DNA of 64,000 bases from Octopus vulgaris. Its lineage: Eukaryota. The stretch is taken from assembly GCA_951406725.2 (NCBI GenBank), contig OX597823.1:10974001-11038000 (forward strand). Direction: 5' to 3'. Shown in pieces: positions 52,040 through 64,000 of the stretch. Under the pieces are notes generated by a model, which had not been told where the DNA came from, did no database searches, and was given only the letters and a program-made list of their open reading frames with translations. Position 1 is the first letter of the stretch. Every line of letters starts with the position of its first letter. A program made the position numbers and the translations under genes.

Positions 52040-54593
52040 CTAATAAAAATAACACCACGCACTGCATATAATATGCCTGACACCAACCGGCTGTGCATCT
52101 CTAGCAGAGAAGGTGGTTGGTGACTATTAAGCGTCGTGATGAAGTTTACAGAGGCAAACGTTAATTTTTGCCCTTCATAATGTATGTCCTTACATGCACA
52201 CAAGGTAGGAAATTGGTTCTATTAGCAGTTGTAAATTTCTCACACACACAAAGAAAAAAAGAAGAAAAAACTGGATTAAATTTTGAGCAAACGAAGTTTC
52301 AGTCTAAAGCATTAGCACAAAACAGACGTAATGACGTCACGTAAGCCGAATGTGCTGAACTATCACAATGGCATGCTTTTACATGCTTAAATACTTTTTT
52401 GTACTGAATTTCCCTTGTGAAAAAAAAAAAAAAAAAAACTACCTCTCAGCTGGAGGAACAACATGAATAATTCGCTCTTGCAGGAAACGCAAAAACATGC
52501 CAATAGGAATAAGCTATTACCACTAAATACACTTCAGTTCATATATATATATATAAACTGACTTCTGAAAATATCATTTACGTAACGCTACGCACTTATA
52601 TTTTTACCCATATATATATATATATATATATATATATTCGTGTCTGTCAAATGTAGACTGCATCAAGTTTTCTGAAGCATGGCATCTACTGTATCTGTAT
52701 ACCCTAAACTATGTAGACCCACGTCAGGTCAATGGTGACCTGCGTGTATCTGCACACGTATGTGCAGGCCTGGGCACTGTGTTTTGAGGAAGTCTAGCTG
52801 CAGCTGTTTATACCGGCAAGTTTCTATCTGCACACCACTGATATTTAATCACGGAAGTAAGGCCGCCGATTTGAATTAACACACCTGAGCACCACTGTTG
52901 TCTCAGGCGTTGCTGTTTGAATACAAAACTAAAATAGACACTGCTGGTATCTTGCCCGACTTTCAAATATTTCTGACAATGCACTGCCATGGCTTGGTAT
53001 TTCCTCGTCAACCGGAAAGGGTTGTAAAGCAAATTTGACTGCAGCGGAATTTGAACTCAGACTGCAGAGAATGGAAACAAATTCCGAGAGGCATTCCATG
53101 CAAACAGCCAGTTGGTTATATTCTCTTATATTACCTTCGATAAGATATTCTTGGGTGATACAAGAAGAAGCAAGGCGGTTCTACATATGCTTTGCCACCA
53201 ATAATTCTTTCTCTAATGGCCACAAAGGCCGCATAAAAATTTAGGCCAATACGAAGTAGTGAGGATTTACGTATACACGTAGATGTAATAAAAAACAAAA
53301 TAACAATTAACAGGAAGGTTGAAAAACAAAATGCCCAGATAGAGTAAAGTACCATCGAGGGTTAACCAAGAGACCATTTAAATCCTAAGTTCACCGCGAT
53401 CATCGAGGGATCTACCGGAATACACCTTCTTCCATCTTTTCTCTCCAAGCACCAGCTTATTCATTCGGTCGATCCACACCACATTCAACCACCTTTTAAA
53501 CAAATTTACTGGGAGGGGAGCAGCATTTCTCTCTCAACTCTTACTTTCTATTGGAACATTAAAAGGTTGATGAAGATTAGGTCGAAAAAAGATTTCCCTC
53601 GGTTTAAGAACTACTGAACTGCATTTTGTCATCTCAAAAAAAAATGCACAGTTAATCATGTAATCTGAGATACACAACGCCTTGGTCAAGATTTATTCTT
53701 AGACATAATCTGTTATCCAGTTTAATACCTCCACCGGGTCCTTGAGTATCTTTAGTGGAGTCCACTTTGTTGCAAGCATTTGGGTTAGATCTTCACTTTC
53801 AGGATAACTTCCTCTTTTTTTCTTACCAATCATGGCAGCCTGAAAAAGTAAAGTATCATACACTGCTTTTCCTTTAATGAATAAACGTTTAAATAAATGA
53901 ATGGAATTTTTGCTTGATCAGGACTGATGTAACTCCAAACAGCAACAACACCAACAATAACCAGGTGGACTAGGGGTAACTAGTGGTAAAAATTTTTGTA
54001 GAGATATCCATATGAAATTATGTGGAGAAAAATATGTAAAGATATATCTGAAGAAAAATTACTTTTCAATGCACGATATATTATCTATATGAAATTAAAA
54101 TTGTGTATCATTGTGCCGAGAAGTTTTCGACGTTTCGGACAACACTTATTCTTCGGGGAAGACAGGCGAGTAAGGATCACTCACTTAATTTTACTGTTAT
54201 ACCAATAAATACGATATTTGCTGGCGCAGATTACAACCAGTCTATTGATTTCAATATTTTTTTTAACCAATATGCGATTAGATAAACTATAATAACATTA
54301 CACTAATTACCATATTTTTTTCCTTATCTATGACATCTTCACTGTGATCAATATTGTTATCAGTATTATCTATCGTGCTATCTATACTGTCATCTTATTT
54401 TCAAAACGGTTTATCTGACCGTTTAAAATTCTAATCATACGAATATGTAGGAATGGTTTAACAGCATTCTAGAGTAAAAAAGAGAAAACGGGCAAGAGTT
54501 ACTATCAAAGCAATAGATTATAACATGGACAGCCAAGGAACTTCTGCGTGGTCGTTGCTCAACTTGGTTGAAAAAACAGCCAAATCTCCTACC

Positions 54594-55022
54594 TTTCATC
54601 TTTCATCAAGGGGTTAAACACAGAAGGGACAAACAAGGACAGACAAACGGATTAAGTCGACTATATCGACTCCAGTGCGTAACTGGTACTTAATTTATCG
54701 ACCCGAGTTTCAATTTGATCCCAAAGGATGAATAACAAAATCGATTTCGGCGGAATTTGAACTCAGAACGTAACGGCAGACAAAATACCTATTTCTTTAC
54801 TACCCACAAGGAGCTAAACACAGAGAGGACAAACAAGGACAGACAAACGGATTAAGTCGATTATATCGACCCCAGTCCGTAACTAGTACTTATTTAATCG
54901 ACCCCGAAAGGGTGAAAGGCAAAGTCGACCTCGGTGGAATTTGAACTCACAACGTAACAGCAGACGAAATACCGTTAAGCATTTCGTCCGGCGTGCTAAC
55001 GTTTCTACCAGCTCGCCGCCTT
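54594..55022 (-). mobile_element. Family-C SINE dimer with a 21-bp TSD
   Basis: TSD AAAACAGCCAAATCTCCTACC at 54573-54593 and 55023-55043. Confidence 0.9.
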
Positions 55023-55261
55023 AAAACAGCCAAATCTCCTACCATTTTATTATATATCATGTCGGGAGGGTTAAGCAACAGTGTAAGAATAACCGCAAAA
55101 CTTTAAGAATTAAGTGATTAACAGGTATACATTAGTCATGACACTTGTAAATGAAATAAATATGTAAGATAAACGGTCTGACGAAAAGAAAAGTAATAAT
55201 AGCGTCCAAAAGCAAATATTATCAAACATTTGTTAGTTCGTTTGTTGTTGCTGTTGCTGTT

Positions 55262-55625
55262 GAGCGAACGGTCTTCGTCCCAGAGCTCGCAAGATGGGAG
55301 CAGTCTGAAACGTGGTCCTTTGCTATTCGTAAAACCCGCAGAAGAGAAAGCAGGTCAACCCCCGATACCGAGAGCATCGACGGATGGATGAATGCACATC
55401 TAGGCTCAGCGGTTGCGTAGGAAGTCGGGGACAAGAAATAGGAAGAAAGTGAGAGAAAGTTGGAGCGAAAGAGTACAACAGGGGTCACTACCACACCCCG
55501 CCGGAGCCTCGTGGAGCTTTAGGTGTTTTCGCTCAATAAACACATACAACGCTCGGTCTGGGAATCGAAACCGCGATCCTCCGACCGCGAATCTTCTGCC
55601 CTAACCATTGGGCCATTGCGCCTCC
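55262..55625 (-). mobile_element. SINE with a family-B head and a third tail type
   Basis: Head matches 26760-26953; tail 55262-55430 is unrelated to the other copies. Confidence 0.85.
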
Positions 55626-57208
55626 CGTTGTTGCTATTACGGCTGTTATTACTGCTGCCTGAGCCTCAGTCATGTATGACTGAACAGACTCATGATAAAA
55701 TTGAAACTCGGATTGTGGTCCTCACTCTGTTTTATTCGGATATTCTATATTTAGTGTAACTACATTTCTCAATATTGCTTCCATTTTATTCTCTTTCTCT
55801 ATTTATATATATTTAAGATGTATGGTGTGATCTGAAATATATTTGGTTGTTATTTCTAACCAGGTGAAGGCTTCCTATATTTATCACCGGCAGAAAGTAG
55901 GAAAAGATTACTTCACTGAGAAATGTACTAGAAGACAGCTACAGTAGATTTACATAAATAGAGAGCAGAAAATGGCATGGGTGTAAGATAAATAGTTTTA
56001 AAAATTAAACAAAAACATAAGATAAGTACAACTCTATATTTTTAAGAAAGCTGGTAAATATAATAAAGAAAGAAGGCAGTATACGCTTGTTGTACGTGGA
56101 GAAGAGCCAGAAGATGTAACAGGTACGAGATATAGTTACAAATAAATAAATGATCAAAATAATTATAATTTAGGCACAAGGCCATCAAATTTGAGGGAAG
56201 GAGATTTTTTGATGCCATTGATTTCAGTATCAAACTGGTGCTTTATTTTCTTGATTTCGTACGGATAAGAGACAAAATCAATTTCGGAGGAATTCGAACT
56301 CAGAACTTCAGTCTAGAGAGAACGTATAGTAGAGAAGCACCTTTCTGTGGTACCTTTGGCGCTTGAAGTGATCTAAGTTCGATGAGGACTCCTTGGTTTT
56401 AATAAAGTGGTTGGTAATTTATAGGGGAATTATGCTGCTACCAAATTTTCTACTAGTCGTTCATTTAGTTTCTACATGTATATGTGACATCCTTCTGTCC
56501 TTTGCTTTTGTATTTTCCTGAATTTTATTTTTCGGTCCTTGGAAGACCAATAAAGAAAATATACGACTTTTGCCTTTCATCCTTTCGGAGCCAACAAAAA
56601 CAGCAGTTGAACATTGGGGTTAATATATTCAACAAGCCCCCTTTCACAGAATTTTAGTCTTTGTGTCTATAGAAGAAAGGATTATTATCATCGTCGTCAT
56701 CATCATCGTCATCATTATTATTATTTCTCATTCCAAACGCCCTACATATACGTCGTCTCAACTAACAATTAAACACACTCACATGTCTTTTATATATTGC
56801 AGACCATGTAGCAAACTTACTCATAATAAAAGAAAGCTTCAAGCAAAAACTAATTTCTTTTGGATGGTAAATTACAAAAGAAAATGTATCTAAGGAGACA
56901 AAACATTGCTAGAATACATGAATTAACAATATCGCCCAGAAAAGAAATAATGTACAAAAACGGCACAAAAATCAATAAACTAGGGGAAGAGAAAAAAATG
57001 ATTGCAGCAAGAAGCAGTGAAATCGCGAAAGATATGAAGACACCAGAAAAGAAAATAGAAACAAATCCTGGAGAATAAAATCTTCAAAGAGGACGAAAAA
57101 AAAAGAGAGAGAGAAAGATTTTGCCTAGAATTAACTGAAAAGTAGATAAAAACAGAAAAAAGATATTAAGAAGAAAGTTACAGATAGTCGGAAAACTTAT
57201 TCCAAATT

Positions 57209-57247
<39 letters not shown>

Positions 57248-57549
57248 GTTCTTTCTACGATTGGCACAAGGGGCCTGAAATTTGGGGAGAGTGGGTTACT
57301 CGATTGTATCGACTCCGGGGGTCAACTGGTGTGTATTTTATCGTCTTTAAAAGGATTAAAGGGAATGCAGTCCTCGGTGTGCCATTATAAGCACAAAGCC
57401 TGAAATTTGGGGGAAAAAGGTAATTCTATTACCTTGATCCCAGTGCTTGATTGGGTGTATATTTTTTCGACTCCGAAAGGATGAAAGCAAAGGTTGACCG
57501 AGGTGGATTCGAACTCTAAGCGTAAGGACGGACGAAATGCCGCTAAGAG

Positions 57550-57937
57550 AGTGAGGTTACTTACCCTGCTGGTGTTGTTGGCGGCCGGATGGCCTGGCCT
57601 CCAGATCTGGTGGGAGTTTCTCCTCCCGATGCTGTTGGCGGCCCTATGACCCAGGCTCCGCATATGGTTGTGGTTTCTCTGGGAAACCCTGCAAATTCTC
57701 TTCGTGACCGTGACATTAGGATTTCCCACGCCGTTAGGGAAAGCCTCTCTAATTTCTATGTAGGTCTTTAGTGGCATCTGTGCCAACATCAGGCTTTCCG
57801 GAACCCAAAGGGTGCTGATGTCATGTATTGCACCTTTTCTCTCAATTTTCTTACTTCCGGTTATGAGATCCATCAAATTTTTGCTGGATTTCCTCACCAG
57901 CACAAAATTAGGAGTTTCTGTGGTTGACTGTCGTGTA

Positions 57938-57995
<58 letters not shown>

Positions 57996-59120
57996 CTTTC
58001 TTTTTGGGGTGAGGTGGGGTTGCGACAGTGTTTGGTGTGGCCGGCGGGGCTGGTGTTATTTTAGATATGTCTGTTGCCTTTGAACTGGAACATTCTATTG
58101 TTGGTGTGGGGCCAGGTACTTTTCTTTTGCGTTGTCTTTTGGGTTTTTTGCTTTTTGTGGCTCCTCCTCGTCTTCGCTGCTCGATGTGGCGGCACCTGTA
58201 TCTGTGGAATTAGTCTTAGAGTATGCGACTCTGTGTTTGTATGAGTGTCGTTGTGTGAGTGTGAGCTTGAGAGAGGGGAAGACGTAGTACTGGTTTGGGA
58301 GACACCCTGGGTGGTTATCTCTATTGTCTTTGGGATTCACTTACTAATGAGGTTGCATGTGTGGCATATTATCTCAGATGTTGCTGTTGTTGAGGGTTTT
58401 GTTTATGTGGTTGGAGTAGCCTCGACACTCCTGTCTTTTGGAGGGGAACCATGAGGTGGCTTGTGACCCCACAAATGTCGCACATAGGCTTTCTGCCTTC
58501 TACTACAACACATAAGTCAACCCCGTTCGGCAGTTGTATAAGGTCCGGGATTTTTTCCGTGTTTTCTGGCTTTACAAGGAGCAGAATTTCAATAGTTATC
58601 TCGGACCAGTTTTCCCTGCTGCTTCGTTTCACCTCTAGAAATGACTCCGAATCCTCTACCACGTACGTTACGATCCACAAAACGATCACACCTGGCGGAA
58701 CGTCTGGTATTTTTATTGTGGCACTTCTTTTTGAGAGGTAGATTATGTACAGGACCCACTCTTCACTCCGTCGGGGCGTTACTGCTTGTTTAAATGCTAG
58801 TTCCTTACTTTTGGAGACGCGTTGCCTTGCTTTGCTTCCTCAACTCCTGTTAGAGTCGATGAAACACCGTAATGAAATACGGTACATTTGGTAAATTTCT
58901 TCGAGAAATAAATAAACGCCCATACCAGTATAGGTACTTTGTTTATCGTCTCCTAAAGGACGAAAGGCATAGTTTGACTTCGGCCCTAGTTGAATCCAAA
59001 GAGTAGATGGCATACTGTCGATACTGGCATACTGTCTGCCTCTTTGTAAGTGGGCCACGTCTTCTAAAATGTCTTTCACAACCTCCTCCACTTGATATAT
59101 AATTCTTTCTACTGGAAACA
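57550..59120 (-). mobile_element. L1/Tx1-like ORF1 (gag-like, zinc knuckle) remnant
   Basis: IKIPDVPPGV...KIPDLIQLPNGVDLCVVVEGRKPMCDICGVTSHL (CX2CX4H), followed by a low-complexity T/P/K tail. Confidence 0.7.
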
Positions 59121-59782
59121 CCAGGCCTTAAATTTGGGGAAAGAGGTTAAGTTGATTGCATCAACCCTAGTTGGGTAGTGAATTGAGTTATTAGAACACC
59201 TGGTAAAGGTTACTTCATTGGACTAGATTTCTTAAACTGCACTACCGCACTTTGTTGAGAGGGGATAGTAGCCGATTACATTAACTTCCGATTCTTGGTT
59301 AGTATTTTACCGGTCCCGGGAGGATGAATGCGAAGGCGATTTTGGCGGGATTTAAACATAGAGGCAGCTTAACAAAATATTGCAAAGCATTATTTCGTCG
59401 GACTAATGAGTCTGCCAAATCAGTGTTTTATAGTATTGATATAACATTGAAACTACATGAGATATGAATAAGTGACATTAAAACAAGGCTGGTTTATAGC
59501 AGACGCGTTGCCTTGCTTTGCTTCCTCAACTCCTGTTAGAGTCGATGAAACACCGTAATGAAATACGGTACATTTGGTAAATTTCTTCGAGAAATAAATA
59601 AACCGCTCATACCAGTATAGGTACTTTGTTTATCGTCTCCTAAAGGACGAAAGGCATAGTTTGACTTCGGCCCTAGTTGAACCCAAAGAGCAGAGGGTCG
59701 AAATGAATATTACAAGACAGTCTAACCGATGCTCAAACAACTCGGCCATTTCGTCTTATAGCAGGCTTATTATTTAAACTAA

Positions 59783-59963
59783 GGGTAAAGACCCCCTTCG
59801 GTCATGAATGACCATGGGATTGCACCTAGAAAGTTACCCTCCTAGACACAAGTCCGGGCAAGGTTGTTTATGGAAAACCAGCAGTCGCCTATGCATACCA
59901 GCCTCCCCTCACCACACCACCAGTGTTATCCAAGGAAAAGACAAAGGTCGATACAGCTTGGCA
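59783..59963 (-). mobile_element. SINE tail (family D type)
   Basis: Reverse complement of about 50503-50636 plus a terminal segment. Confidence 0.75.
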
Positions 59964-60504
59964 AAAACAACATAAATATATATATATACCTACTTCATAA
60001 ATAAGGTGCAATAAAAAGTTTTAAAGAACAGACACATTAACAGCAGACGTAACTACTACTACTGACACAACAATAATAAGAGATACAACAGCAATTTACT
60101 ATTCAAACTACTACAACAGTGGCAGGGATTATCAAGATAAATAGCAGGGAGAAAGTTCTTAACATATATTCTTGTAAAAGCAAATGTTTCTTAAATACCT
60201 AGGGGCTTTAAACAGATGGTGTTTAGCTCCAACATTTTCATTCCGTTGACTAGATGAAAGATATATTTATACCTGGATGAAACATATGTTTTTCTTGGGT
60301 AACAGTCCTGTATGACCTGGTGCTTACTTCAGACAACTGAGGGTAAAAATGTTTCACCCAGAAACTTAACCAGACGATAGCATAGGGTGCCTTTATATCA
60401 GCCATTTTATTTAGACAAACAGACATGGAGGTTTACGAAACCTAACAAAAATGAAATATGCTACCAGTTTTAACACCACAATCAACCCCTTAGACCGTTT
60501 ACAG

Positions 60505-60870
60505 CAGTGAATCTCAATCGGATTCCATATAACTTTTGTGGCTCCTCCTCGTCTTCGCTGCTCGATGTGGCGGCACCTGTATCTGTGGAATTAGTCTTAG
60601 AGTATGCGAGTCTGTGTTTGTATGAGTGTCGCTGTGTAAGTGTGAGCTTGAGAGAGAGGAAGATATAAGAATTTGTTGCTAAAATTTATGCGCAATAAAT
60701 TGCTTATACATCTACAATACACAAAATATTTTAAGATTTTTATACAATTCCTAATAATACTTAATTATAAAAAAAAAACAGTGGATTTTTTTTTTACGTA
60801 ATGGAGGTCCAGTAGAGTAAAAAAAAAAAATCAAAGAAACTCAATGGCAAAAAATGTTTGAGAACCACTG
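60505..60870. mobile_element. hAT (Charlie-like) MITE
   Basis: CAGTGAATCTCAA ... TTGAGAACCACTG TIRs; 8-bp flanks GTTTACAG and GTTTAGGG match at 6 of 8. Confidence 0.6.
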
Positions 60871-61903
60871 GTTTAGGGGAATTTCATACCAGATAAACAT
60901 TAGGACAACAACCGCGATTCCTTTTCTGTCGACATTGTTTTCTTCAAGGTCACTTCATTGGACTAGATTTCTTAAACTGCACTACCGCACTTTGTTGAGA
61001 GGGGACAATAGCCGATTACATTAACCTCCGATTCTTGGTTAGTATTTAACCGGTCCCGGGAGGATGAATCCGAAGGCGATATCGGATTCATCCTCCCAGA
61101 TGACTAACAGCTGTTCAGGCTGGACACCAACTACAATAGTTTCACCAACATAGGAAAACTTACAAGGCTAAGGGTACTTTGCTTTTCTTGACTAACTTAT
61201 AGACAGAGGGACATTCAGACACATAACCATTCTAGTTTAAGGTGTTGCTGTTAGATTGGAAAGTAGATCCAAGTGTTCCTTTAGCAAACATTCGAACTAG
61301 AACTACAATTTCCACCTCTGAATGTTTCCGTCTTTTTCTTGCATACATTTGACTGTAAATTTTCAGGCTGGATAACGATTGCGATAAATCTTACCAAGTT
61401 GCTTGGAAAGGCGGCACTATAAACATATGCACTACTATGTTTATATATTTCATAAATAAATCTTATATATTTAACATAAAATATATGAAGAAACCAAGCA
61501 AAAGTAAACCAGAAGGGAGAACAAGAGTAGACTAGAAACAGTGGTACAATTAATAACAACAGTTAAACGTTCAAGAAAGAATACAGAATTTAGTGGAAGG
61601 TATTAACTGACAAAAGAAAAATAACTTTCCGTTGTTAGCACCCGCAAAATATTCAAGTGTTCACATGTCATTTGATCATTACAATTTTAACATAATCTAA
61701 GTGGTACACATACATGACTGTACAATTAATAAGTTCGCTTCGTATCCACGAGGCTCCATGTTCGATCCCATTACGATGCGCCTTGGATAAACATCTATCA
61801 CGGCTTTGGGTTGACCAGTGTGCTATGAATGAAGTTTGGTAGAGAGAGATTTTGCGGAAGCCAGTCGAGTTATATATACATAGAGATAGATAGATAGATA
61901 GAC

Positions 61904-61958
<55 letters not shown>

Positions 61959-61968
61959 AAGAGAGAAA

Positions 61969-62001
<33 letters not shown>

Positions 62002-62251
62002 GGAGAGAGTGAAAGAAAGAGAGAGAAAGAAAGAGAGAAAGAGAGAGAAAGAAAGAAAGAGAGAGAAAGAGAGAGATGCAGATGACTATGGTACTTCGGT
62101 TGAGGCACCAGAATTTAGTACGGTATTATCCATTCAATTTCAACGTAAGGTGATTAAAATCAAAATAATGTAATGATTGCATTGTTCAATTAAATGGAGT
62201 TGCTTGAAACGATCGTAATGCATTACCTCTGGATATCCTTGTTGCTTATTA

Positions 62252-62299
<48 letters not shown>

Positions 62300-63059
62300 A
62301 CGCGCGCTCACACATGCACACACACATACACTCACACACACACACACACAAACACACGCACACACACACACACACACACACATACGCACACACACACGTC
62401 TGTTTATATAATGTAGCAGAGAATAGGTACGCATGTATGCATGGATGTGATTATGTTTATGTGACATTGTATCTGATTGACAGCCGATGTTGGATTGTTT
62501 TACCCCATTACTTGACCCAATGTATTGAGTTCTTCTTCGCTCTGTTCGTGTTTTACCGTATACATAATCTCACAAATCCTCTATTAACAAAACCTATGTG
62601 TGTGTGTGTATCCGGGCTTGTGTGTGTGGAGGGGCGTAATGCGTGCGTGTGGAGCATGAAAAAGATAGGAAAATTTGTGTATTCAAATAAAATATTTCCC
62701 TGTGTGATGTTTGTTTCGTCACAGTTGCACAGACAATCCCTTTTCATTCTTTTCAATGGACCTGCCAAATTACATCGCTACAGTTCACGATATATAACAT
62801 TAAACAAAAAAATTTCTAATTTTGCAACAAGAAAATCAATTTTGATGGGAGGAGGCCAGCCAATTACATTGAGCGCAGTGTTCAACTGGTGCTTATTCTA
62901 TCGAACCTCAAAAAGATGAAAGGTAGAGTCGACCACAGGGGAATTTGAGTTCAGAACGTATTTTTCTTGACGATTTAACAATTCTGCCAGCTCGCCATTC
63001 AGTGATGTTAACTAAAATAGATAATCCCACGCTTGCCGAACACCGACAGATTGCTGCTA

Positions 63060-63105
<46 letters not shown>

Positions 63106-63218
63106 AGCCATTGTTGCTGTCGTTGCTCCTGCTGTTTTTGCTGTTGTTGTTGTTTCTGCTGCTGTTGTTACAGTTATTTTTAAAAGTAAGGTGTGCGATG
63201 AGTTAAGGTGTTGAATTT

Positions 63219-63572
63219 GCGTGGCACCTTGGGCAAGTGTCTTCTGCTATAGCCCCGGGCCGACCAATGCCTTGTGAGTGGATTTGGTAGACGGAAACTG
63301 AAAGAAGCCTATTGTATATATATATATATATATATATAAGTGTGTGTGTATAAGTTTGTGTGTCTGTGTTTGTCCCCTGGCACTGCTTGACAACCGATGC
63401 TGGTGTGTTTACGTCCCCGTTACTTAGCGGTTCGGCAAAAAGAGACCGATAGAATAAGTACTGGGCTTACAAAAGAATAAGTCCCGGGGTCGATTTGCTC
63501 GACTAAAGGCGGTGCTCCAGCATGGCCGCAGTCAAATGACTGAAACAAGTAAAAGAGTAAAAAGAGAGTAAC
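63219..63572 (+). mobile_element. tRNA-derived SINE, family A (5'-truncated)
   Basis: Core and tail match the other copies. Confidence 0.9.
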
Positions 63573-64000
63573 TGTAATTGTAATTGTTGTTGATAACCCT
63601 AATCAACCAGACTTATGAGTAAAACAATTCCATGGCCATCCTACCTTTTTAGACCTCTCTAGGACTTAGCTTTCTTAAGACAACAGAGTGTTACGCGAGG
63701 AGAGTCGTTTTACCTAACGAGGGTCGCCACGAGACATTGATAACATTGACAATAGCTTAGTAACTTAACAACAGGGGCAACGTCTACACGCACGTCTGAT
63801 CTGCCGCACTTTGTCTAAATCACACCTCAGTATCTGAAAAGACGAATATACTGGATGATGTAGTCTTAGACACATTATCTAATATTTTTAGCATAGAATT
63901 ATCCTTTCTTTTCAGAAAGGGTGGCTAGATCGTGGCTGGAACGTCTTTGATTAAAGGAAAAGCAGTTAAATCTCCTCCAAAAAGCACCCTGTCCTAGAAT

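Noticed and set aside
62194-63214. 241-aa ORF and poly-Ala ORFs
   Set aside because: They run through microsatellites, a SINE and (GCT)n, with no domain-like content.

Overview
AT-rich eukaryotic DNA, extremely dense in microsatellites. The SINE, Penelope and Tx1 families look like those of an octopus (coleoid) genome; this is recognition from memory and is unverified. Almost all ORFs in the track are microsatellite artefacts. The window is mostly decayed transposons: mariner and Tigger elements, hAT and other MITEs, four copies of a non-autonomous Helitron, a decayed Ty3/Gypsy pol, fragments of R4-like, Tx1/L1, CR1-like and RTE LINEs, Penelope-like elements (PLEs), and at least four tRNA-derived SINE families. 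Three signals are not shown by the ORF track. (1) A chain of small, mostly phase-compatible minus-strand exons (about 54.3 kb to 22.9 kb) spells a divergent, probably pseudogenised BPI/LBP (TULIP)-like protein. (2) Hammerhead-ribozyme motifs occur in PLE termini, including a 420-bp fold-back element with a hammerhead at its apex and a 13-bp TSD, and a PLE end that joins a tRNA-like Pol III promoter to a hammerhead. (3) There are unusually long flanking duplications and locally templated insertions. No intact host gene, CRISPR array or rRNA was seen.
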